Positions 46,449 through 55,980 of a DNA stretch of 64,000 nt are shown one piece after another; within the stretch, counting starts at the first letter, position 1; every line of letters begins with the position of its first letter. The notes beneath the pieces are model-generated. The model worked only from the letters and a program-made list of their open reading frames with translations, was not told the DNA's origin and searched no databases. The stretch lies in assembly GCF_009914755.1 (NCBI RefSeq), contig NC_060939.1, one strand, 5' to 3'. The DNA comes from the human T2T-CHM13v2.0 reference genome, Homo sapiens. The translations under genes and the position numbers were made by a program.

Positions 46449-46668
46449 CCTACAAGCATACTCAGAGATATTGTGGGTTTGGTTCCATACAACTGCAACA
46501 AGGCAAATGTTACAACCAAAAACCTACAAGCACACCTCAGAGATAGTGTGGGTTTGGTTCCAGACCACTGCAATAAGGCAAATGTTACAACCAAAAACCT
46601 ACAAGCACACCTCAGAGACAGTGTGGGTTTGGTTCCAGACCACTGCAATAAGGCAATTGTTACAATCA
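46443..46668. repeat. 3 x ~75-bp tandem copies of the Tigger1 end
   Basis: tacaagca at 46451, 46525 and 46600. Confidence 0.93.
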
Positions 46669-47399
46669 AATTAGTTGCATAAACATTTTCTTTCCCAGTG
46701 CTTATTAAAGTTATGCTTAAACTATATTGTAGTCTAATGAGTATTTAATTATTAATTAGTAATTAATAGCATGTCTAAAATCTGTGTGCATACCTTAAGT
46801 TAAAATACATCAGTGTTAAAAAATGCTAATGAATATCTGAGCCTTACCAAGTCATAATCTTTTTGCAGGTGAGGGTCTTGCCTCTATATTGATGACTGCT
46901 GGCTAATCAGTGTGGGGGCTGCTGAAAGTTGGATGCCTGTGTCAACTTCTTCAAACAATGAAGTTTGTTCCTTTCACAAAAGATTTCCCTGTAGCATGTC
47001 AAACAGCATGACAGCATTTTATCAACAGTAGAACTTCTTTCAAAATTGGAGTAAACCCTCTCAAACCCTCCTGCTGCTTTATCAACTAGGTTTGTGGAAT
47101 ATTCTAAATCCTTTGTTGTCATTTCAACAATGTTCATAGCATCTCCACCTGGATTATATTCTGTCTCAAGAAAATATTTTCTTTGCTCGTCCATAAGAAG
47201 CAACTCCCTATCTGTTCAAGTTTCATCATGAGTTTATAGCAATTTCATCTCACCTTAAGGCCCTAATTCTAATTCTAGTTGTCTTGCGATTTCTACCACG
47301 TCTGCAGGGACTTCCTCCACTGACATCCTGAGCCCTCAAAGTCATCCAAGAGGGCTGGAATCAATTTCTTCCAAACTCCTGTTAATGTTAATATTTCAA

Positions 47400-47479
47400 C
47401 CTCCTCCCATCAATCACAAATGTCCTTAATGGCATTTAAGGATTGCTATTAAGGACATTTGTGATTCACGGGAGGAGGT
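47400..47479 (+). ncRNA. MIR4477: MIR4477-type hairpin (4477a-like on +, 4477b-like on -)
   Basis: CTATTAAGGACATTTGTGATTC (47446-47467, +) and ATTAAGGACATTTGTGATTGAT (47409-47430, -) match the mature miR-4477a/b as I recall them; long inverted repeat is directly visible. Confidence 0.8.
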
Positions 47480-47754
47480 TCAAATATCATGAAAGGATTA
47501 ATGGTGAATCCTTTCCAAAAGGTTTTCAATTCAGTTTATCCAGATTCATCAAAGAAATCACTATCTATGACAGCAATACCTTTACAAAATACATTTATTA
47601 ATTAATAAAAACACTTGAAAGTCAAAACCACTCCTTGATCCACAGGCTGAAGGTAAATATTGTATTAGCAGCCATGAAAATAACATTAATTTTCAAGTAC
47701 ATCTCCATCTAAGCTTCTGGGTAGCTAGGTGAATTGTCAATAAGCAGCAATCTT

Positions 47755-48101
<347 letters not shown>

Positions 48102-48510
48102 AAGCAACAATCTTTTTAAAGGAATCGTTTTTTTTTTCTGAGCAGTAGGTCTCAATAGTGGGATTAAAATATTCAGTAAACCATGCTCTTAACAGATGCG
48201 CTGTCACCCAGACAGTGATGTTCCATTTCTAGAGCACAGAAAGAATAGATTTTGCATAATTCTTAAGGGTCCTGAGGTTTTCAGAGTGGTTAATGAGCAT
48301 TGGCTGTAACTTAAAGTCACCAGCTGCAGTGGTCCTCAAAGAGAGTCAGCCCATCCTTTGAAGTTTTGAAGCCAAGCGTTGACTTCTCTCTAGCTATGAA
48401 AATTCTACATCTTCACTAAGCTTAATCATTTCTATCTCTGGACTTAAAGTGAGAGACTTGCAAGTCTTCCTTTCTTTTGCGTTCTTTGAGGCCACTGTGG
48501 TTACTAATTA

Positions 48511-49243
48511 GCACCCCCGGTGGGTGTCACCCTCTTCCCTCCTCTATTGAGTTCGCCCGGGAATTGCGCTTCCCACACCCCACATGCCCTGCACGCCTGG
48601 GGCTCTCCCACAGGGGGCTTTCGTGGGCCAGGGAGCAAGGGCCATCCCCCTGCTCCAGCCCAGCCAGGCTGCGCAGGCAGAAGGACTCTCCCAACCTGCC
48701 CGGGCATGTGGGGCTTTGTGTTCGCTGCCCTGGCTTCTCCGGAACTGGGGCTCTCCCATCTTCAGACTCCCTGCTGGCCTCCGCACCCCAACAAATGACA
48801 GGAAGACCAGAACCCGCAGCGCAACGGCCTGCTGGGCGTGTGCTCAGTGGGACAGCTTGGGCCCCCTCAATCTGAGTCACAGGGGCAAGGTGTGCTTGCG
48901 CCACCCACATCCCACCGGAGTCCGTGGTGGGGCTGGAGCCCCAGGGCGGCGTGGGAACCTGAAAATGGGGCACCTCCACCTCAGGAGCTCGCGACCCCAG
49001 AGACCTCCGCGTCAAGCACAGATGCCAGCCAACCGGGCACCTCCCAAACGCTCCAGGAGCCCGGGCGCTTGTCTGCACTCACCTCCAGCCTGTTAGATGA
49101 GCTCCTGTCAACCCCAGTTTCAGCAAAAGGCACAACCTTTCCTAGATCCGGCGCCACTGGGGGAGCTGAAGGACGTGGAAGAGCACGCTTTGCTGGAACC
49201 ACTCCTCAGCCAGGAAGAACACAGGGCTCTTCTGGAGGAGCAG
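48511..49243 (+). pseudogene. DUX4-like pseudogene, C-terminal half only (no homeoboxes)
   Basis: Peptides across frames: PGGCHPLPS; [29 protein letters not shown]; WPPHPNK*; [19 protein letters not shown]; LLDELL; LEPLLSQEEHRALLEE. Stop at 48796-48798 plus frameshifts. Confidence 0.92.
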
Positions 49244-50670
49244 GTTGGGGCGGGATGGGGGCAGGGTGGCGGCCTCTCTTTCGCGGTGAACCTCAGGCTT
49301 GGTATGGAGAGGCCTGTCTTCCCTTCCAGCTGATCTGCCTAGGATCCCTGTGTTCCAGGTCCACCGAGAGACTCCACACAGAGGAGGGCTGTCAAGAATG
49401 GCAAGAAAAATTCCTGAGCATCCTGGGGATCCCAGGGCCGGTACAGGTACCGGGAGGTGGGCTGTCTACTGCGCATGCACGGGTTTCCAGGCAGCAGCCT
49501 GGGTTTTCTAACTAGCGGAGGCAGAGCTCTCATCCCTTTTGCCCCCGCGTTCTTCAGTCGGGTTGGCGGAGACCTAAGTCCGTGAAACACTGGGCCGGGG
49601 CAGAAGCCAGGCCACTTCTTTCTGCGGCTCGACTCCTCTGCCTCTTCGCTCTCCATCACTTGCCAACCCGTGTCCCGCCAGCCTCCTTGCCAGCACCATG
49701 GAGGGCCTTGCAACTAAATGTAGACCCGAGACCCCGTGCAAACAGGGGTGCTGCCCTTTCCAGGCGAGAGGGAAGGCAGGCAGAGATGAGGACAGGAACG
49801 AAGACAGAGTGAGATGGAAGGATGGAGCTAGGAAAGGATGGGTGGAAGGAGGGACCCCGGAAGGGAGAGAAAGAAGGAGGGAGAAATGGAGGGAAAAAAC
49901 GGGGGAGGGAGGGAAGAACAGAGGGAAGGATGGACCTAGGGACAAAAGGAGCAAGAAACGAGAACGGAAGACAGAGAGAAAAATGGTTTTCTGCCTCCAG
50001 AACCAACAGGACCCAGCACTCCGGGAAAATGTTGGGTGCCCAGAGCGGGCTAAGTGCTGAGCCCACAGCCCCATTGGCCGGCGGGGCACTCAGCGGCCCT
50101 CTGGATCGCCAGCCTGGGTTACTTCATCCCGGAGCAATTCAGACCAATTCCGTTTCCGAAGGAATGAGCGAATTTCCCAGAGAGAAATGAGCCGAGACTC
50201 AGGTGGCTGTCTGTTTTTCATCCACATGGTTCACAGATGACATATCTCCACGTTGACCCCTGCAACAGAGCGCGAGGCGGATAGTAGCATCCACACAGGA
50301 GTCACACTCAGGCCAACTGAAGCGTGATTCTGGATTCCACTTTTCTTTGCCCTCTGCAAAGGTGACTGTTGCTCAAGTTTCTGCCCCCCGAAAGCGTGAC
50401 CATGTTGAGTGTTTGTTTCCCAAGCTCTGTGGGGCCGCAGAAAGTTCCAGGAATGCGTGGAAGACCAGCATCATGTCGGTGCTCTCCTTTCCAGTTTTCA
50501 AACAGGCTATATTGGAGACTCCCCATTTTGCAGGAAACAGGAATCCATCGTCAGGCCGTGATGCACGGGATGTTTCTTTTCTCTGTGGTTTCGCTCTTGT
50601 TGTCTACGTGAAAATGAACGAGATCCACACACCTGCGTGTGTGAGACTATCACGGCAACTGTCACACCCA
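48511..50670 (+). repeat. diverged partial D4Z4 (3.3-kb repeat family / LSau) unit
   Basis: DUX 3' part, post-ORF spacer, KpnI GGTACC at 49446-49451 at the unit junction, then D4Z4 5' spacer homology (ctactgcgcatgcacggg, gaatccatcgtcaggcc, aaatgaacgaga.ccacac.cctgcgtgtg) ending before the promoter and homeobox. Confidence 0.88.
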
Positions 50671-50930
50671 CTCGCTGGCAATAGAGTTGGCAGCCTGATC
50701 CCGGGACAAAGGTACTGATGGACATCCAGACACACCCCACCACAATCACTGGCAAACCCACTCCCAAACACAGACACACACGGGCATATGCGCAGGATCA
50801 CAAGCACACACAGAGACACAAAAAGACACAGACAGCTTGAAGGAGAGCAAGGGACAGAGGGATGGCAAGATAGAAACGGAAGGAGAGAGAGAAACAGCCA
50901 TCCAGAGACAGACAGAGAGGAACAGGGGAG

Positions 50931-50962
<32 letters not shown>

Positions 50963-51321
50963 CAAGGTGGAGAGGGAAGTAGAGAAAGGGAAAGGGTGAG
51001 GGAGCTAGAGAGGGAGAGCAACAGAGCCTATCTGGTAGACAGGGGCCCCTTTGGCCAGGGTAGGGTGGAGGGTGCTTGGGCCGGGCTGGAACAGAGGGAC
51101 AGAGCCGCCCACGCGGGACAATCAACGGAGCCCTGAGACGTGATTTTACTTAGATTGGTTGGTTCCTTTGGGGGTGCTTTTCGTAGCGTCATTCCTTTGT
51201 TGGCTTCTCCCTGTCCTCTTGGTCTGTGGGCCCTGAAAGTTGTAGAGTGTGCCCCTCACTGTGGCAGGAGCAGTGGCGCTGAGCATACCCACGGGTCGCG
51301 GCTTGGGTCTCTCTCGTTTTC

Positions 51322-51341
51322 CAGGTGGTGTGGCCGTAGAC
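51322..51341 (-). pseudogene. 5S rRNA 5' stub (~20 nt) with degenerate D box at 51362-51373
   Basis: minus strand GTCTACGGCCACACCACCTG; the rest of the gene is deleted. Confidence 0.75.
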
Positions 51342-52199
51342 AATGGCAGTGGCGCCTGGCTGGCTCAAGAGCCCGGTCCAGCTACGCCCGCCTGATTCCA
51401 GGCGTCACCACCAACCCCGGGCCGCGAGGCTGGGATCAGGCACCCCGGAGCCGCTTGCCCGTGGCCGGGCTGCTCTCCCCCTCTAGGCCCAAACACCACC
51501 AGTCGCCCCGCTGCGCTTTCCGCCGACCTCCCAGAGCGTCCCGCTGTCGCCGGCGGCCAGACCACCCGCCAGACCGCCGAGGCGCCAGAGGCCTCCATCC
51601 CCTGCCAGGGCTCTGGACTCTCCAGGCAGCCACCCTCTCGCTGACACTCCAGGCCTTCCCCCCGCTCTCGAGCCCCAGAGCTTCCAACACCTGGGGCCCG
51701 CTCAGAACGGGGTGTGCTCTGAGGCATCAGGGCCCAGGGCCCAGGGTCCTAGGGTCCCCTCCAGTCCTCCGCCTTGCTGCGGAAAAATTATTTTGGATCC
51801 CTCGCCGCCCCTCCTGAGAGGCCCCCTCTTGCCCCGCACACCCAGAGCCGCCAGGGCTGCCCAGGGGCGAACAGCCGGCCCAGCCCCACGGGCCCTTTTT
51901 CTCACAACACTCACACCATCTTCGCTTGTTCCGACGAGGACCCGCCGTGGCCAACGGGGCAGGAAGGCTCTGCTTTGCCCAGCGCCGGCACTAGAGCCCT
52001 GGCAGCCTCATCCCAGGAAAGAGGGGCTGACGGACACCCAGATACACCCCAGCAACACCACGAGCAAACCCACCCTGACACACACACGGACCCACACGGG
52101 TGCACGTGCGCAGACACACACACACACACGGACACACACACACCACACCCGGGCACACACACACGGACACACAAAGACACAGACACAGATAGCTTGAAG

Positions 52200-52653
52200 G
52201 GAGACCACCCCTCATATTGTCTTATGCCCAATTAATGCCTCCAAAGAAAGAAGAAGTAAAATCTAAAAGGCAGAAATGAAATCCACAGGCAGACAGCCCT
52301 GCGCCACACCCTGGGCCTGGTAGTTAAAGATCGACCCCTGACCTACTCGGTTATGTTATCTATAGATTACAGACATTGTATAGAAAAGCACTGTGAAAAT
52401 CCCTGTTCTGTTTTGCTCCGATCTAATTACCGGTGCATGCAGCCCCCAGTCACGTACCCTCTGCTTCCTCAATCCATCAGGACCCTCTCACGCAGACCCC
52501 TTTAGACTTGTAAGCTCTTAAGAGGGACAGGAATTGCTCACTCTGAGAGCTAGGTTTTTGGAGACACGAGTCTGCCGATGCTCCCAGCTGAATAAAGCCC
52601 TTCCTTCTACAACTCGGTGTCTGAGGGTTTTTTCTGCAGCTCCTCCTGCTACA
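52200..52653 (+). mobile_element. solo LTR2-family (HERV-E/Harlequin) LTR
   Basis: ggagaccacccctcatattgtcttatgccc...aataaa...cctgctaca; GAAG TSD at 52196-52199 and 52654-52657. Confidence 0.9.
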
Positions 52654-53681
52654 GAAGGAGAGAAAGGGAGAGAGTGATGGAGAAATAGAACCAGAGGGAG
52701 AGAGAGAGACAGTGATAGAGAGAGAGAGACAGAGAAGGGGGGAGGAGAGACAGAGAGGGGAGAAGAGAGAGCGCCACAGTAGAGCGCGAGGTGGAGGGGG
52801 AAGTAGAGAAAGGGAGAGGGTGAGGGAGTGGTAGAGTGACAGCAACAGAGCCTTGGAGAGGGAGGCTCTGCTCAGGTAGACAGGGCACCTTTCAGCAGGC
52901 CGGAGTGGGGTGGAGGGTGCTTGAGCCGGGCTAGAACAGGGTGTCAGGGCCCCACACCTGGGAAAACCAACGGAGCCCTGAGACGTGTTTTTTTTTTCTT
53001 TCTTGAATTGGTTGGTTGCTTTGCGGGTGCGTTTCATATGGTCCTTCCTTTGTTTGCTTCTTTCTGTCTCCTTGGTGCGGTGGGCCCCGAGATTTGTTGA
53101 GTGTGCCCGTTTGTCTGGAGGGAGCCGTGGTGCCAAGCATGTCTACGGGGCAAGTCCTGTGTCTCTCTCCTGTCCTCAGGACTGGAGTTCACACGAAGTC
53201 GGTGGCATTGGAAAACCGGGTGCACAGGGACGGATTTCCTCGTGGCTGGCGAAGACTGTGTCCTTCCCCTGGGGAAAGCAGACCACGGGTTCTGGAGCGG
53301 AGGTCTTGGCTGCGGTCTGTGGGACCCGCTGCCCCTGCCCGCCCCTTCCCCCGGCTTGGACGGTTGCGACGTCGCTGGATGAATGAATAGAATTGCCTGG
53401 GAGTCCGGGGAGCGTGAAGACAGACACCCGGGAACTCGGGGAACCCGCGCCTGCGCCCTCGGGGTCGTCCAGTCCCGCCCGGGTTGGAGCCGGGCTCCTG
53501 GTGGGGCTGCCGCGAGTCGGAAAAGGTGGGATGCTGCTGCCTGGCGGTGCTGCAGTGGCGGATCTTCAGGAGGAGGTCCTGGGCTTCGGCTGGGGCGCGG
53601 GGGCTGTCAAGGGGGAGCAGAGGAGGGGGGCGGTTGGGAAGCACAGAGACAAAAGGGGAAAGAGGGAGGGAGCAGGAAGCC

Positions 53682-53685
53682 AAAA
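53682..53685 (-). terminator. Pol III T4 terminator of the 5S copy
   Basis: AAAA on + (TTTT on -) at the 3' end of the 5S copy. Confidence 0.6.
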
Positions 53686-53803
53686 CCTTACGGTATCCGA
53701 TATTACCAGGCGGAATCCCATCCAAGTATTAACCAGGACCGACCCTGCTTAGCTTCAACAGATCAGAGGCGAGCGGGCGCGTTCAGGGTGGTGTGGCCTA
53801 GAC
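53683..53803 (-). pseudogene. 5S rRNA pseudogene/variant, near full length (RNA5SP-type)
   Basis: Reverse complement aligns over about 120 nt to 5S with many substitutions; box A AGCTAAGCAGGGTCG intact; box C TGGATGGGATTCCGCCTG has 2 changes. Confidence 0.93.
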
Positions 53804-53823
53804 GCCAGCAGCGGCGTCTGGCT

Positions 53824-53835
53824 GCCCCAAGAGCC
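53824..53835 (-). promoter_or_regulatory. 5S D box (GGCTCTTGGGGC) at -32..-21
   Basis: perfect match at the canonical distance from +1 (53803). Confidence 0.85.
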
Positions 53836-54189
53836 CGACCCAGCCACGCCCGCACGACTCCAGGCGTCACCGCCACCCCGGGGCCGCGGGTCTCAGATCC
53901 GGGACCCCCAGAGCCGCTCGCCCGTGCCCCCGGGCAGCTGTCTCCCTCTACACCCGAGCACCGTCGGCTTCCCAGAGAGTCCCGCCGTCACCGGCGGCCA
54001 GGCTTGGCTCAGGACCAATGTGGCACCGCCCTGATGTTGCTGGGGGGCGCCGGAGGCCTCTGTCCCCTGCCCAGGCTTCCGGCTCTCGGGGCGGCCTCCC
54101 TTCCGCCCACGCTCCAGTCCTTCCGCGAGCTCCCGAGCTCCGAAGCTTCCACCACAGCTGCCGGCTCAGGACGGGTCGTGCTTATCCCT

Positions 54190-55980
54190 TAACTTTTTAA
54201 CTTTTTGTTGTTTCTATTTATATTTTATTGTGCTATGTCTTGAAATGTTGTTGTGGTTATTACTTTTGATTGGATATTATTTAGTATTCCTACTTTGAAT
54301 AAGAGTAGTTTGCACACCACACAGCTATAGTGTTATAATATTCTGTTTTGTTTTGTATCCTATTAGCAGTGAAGATTTTTCTTTTACCTTTAGGTGATCA
54401 TTTATTGCTCGTTAATGTCCTTTTCTTCCTGATCGAAGTACTCCCTTTAGCATTCCTTTAGGACAGGTATGGTATTCATAAAATACTTCAGCTTCTGTTT
54501 GTCTGAAAAAGTCAGTATTTCTTCTCTTTATTTGAAGAAAATTTTCACTGTATATTTTATTCTAAGGTAAAAGTTTTTTTCCTTTGATACTTTAAATATT
54601 TATTGCTTCTCTCTCCTGGCCAGTAGAGTTTCCACTGTAAAGTCTGCTGCCAGACGTGTTGGAGCTCCCCAGTAAGATATTTGTTCCTTTTCTCTTTCTT
54701 CCTTTATAACTTTTCTTTATCAGACTTTTGGAAGATCTATTGAATGCTTTGAAGTAGTCTTTTTTGGGTTAAATCTGCTTAATGTTCTATGACTTTTTTG
54801 TAGTTGGATATGGATATCTTTCTCTAGGTTTGGAAAGTACTCTGTTATTATCCCTTTGAATAAATTTTTCTACCCCTGCATCTTTCTCTACATCTTCTTT
54901 AAAACAAATAACTCTTAGATCTGTCTTTGTGAAGCTATTTTCTAGATCCTGTCCGCATGATTTTTTGTTTTTATTCTTTTTCTTTTGTCTCTTCTATGTA
55001 TTTTCAAAGAGCCTGTCTTCAAGCTCACTATTTCTTCTGCTTGATCCATTCTGCCGTTACATGGCTCTAATGCATTCTTCAGCATGCCAATTACATTTTT
55101 CAGCTCAGAATTTCTGCTTAGTTTGCTGTGACTATTTCAATCTCTTTGTTGAGTTTAACTGATAAAATTTGGAATTTTTTTACTTTGTTATCTTAAATTT
55201 CTTTCAGTTTTTTTTTTTTAATAGAGCTATTTTGAATTCTCTGTCTGAAACATCACATATCTCTTTTTCTCCAGGATTTGTCCCCAGTGCCTTATTTAGT
55301 TCACTTGGTGAGGTCATGTTTTCCTGGATGGTGTTGATGCTAGTAGATGTTCTTCAGTGTCTGGGCATTAAAATCTTGGGCATGCAGCACCATATGAGAG
55401 GTTTAAAAAATAAAATTTAAAGAGAGAAAAGGTGAGTACTTATTGTAGTCTTCATTGTCTGGGCTTATTTGTAGCTGTCTTTCTTGGGAAGGCTTTTCAC
55501 ATATTTGAAAAGAGTTGGGTGTTGTGATCTAAGCCATATCTGCTTTATGGGGCACCTTATACCCAATAATACTGTAATTCTTCCAGACTCAGAGAAGTAC
55601 CACCTTGACAGACTTCAACAAGATCCAGGAGAATTTTCTGGATTACTAGCCAGAGACTCTTTTTCCCTACCCTTATTTTCTCTTAAAGATACAGAGTCTT
55701 TCTCTCTGTTCTAAGCCACCTAAAGCTGGGAGAAGAAAGACACAAGCACCCCTGGCCACCATCACTATGATTGCCCTGGATCAGACCTGAAGCTAGCACA
55801 GCACGGGTCTTGCTCAAGTCCTGCTGCGCGCACTTTCGGACGACTGCCTATGTTCATTCAAGGCCTTTGGTCTCTACAATTAGCAGGTGGCAAAGCCAGA
55901 CAGTCCTGTGTTCTTTCCTTTAGGGCAGTGAGATCCCTCAGTCACTGGCTGGGTCCAGAAGTGCCATTCAGAAGTCAGGG
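54190..55980 (-). mobile_element. old L1M 5'/ORF1-region fragment
   Basis: T-rich antisense L1M signature (ttcagcttctgtttgtctg, aagtctgctgccagacg). Confidence 0.7.

Larger units (their letters stand above)
50670..54188 (-). repeat. two diverged 5S rDNA-type repeat units (gene plus GC/CA/GA-rich spacer)
   Basis: 50760-51310 is homologous to 52090-53160 (minus the LTR) and 51320-51720 to 53785-54185; 5S 5' ends at 51341 and 53803. Confidence 0.85.

Noticed and set aside
53683-53803. Functional ribosomal 5S rRNA gene
   Set aside because: Too many substitutions and indels relative to the highly conserved 5S sequence; reported as pseudogene/variant.
48477-54192. Many 100-270-aa GC-rich ORFs, including a functional DUX4/DUX4c
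   Set aside because: No homeobox or DUX promoter is present, the DUX frame is disrupted, and the other ORFs are expected by chance in GC-rich repeat spacer.
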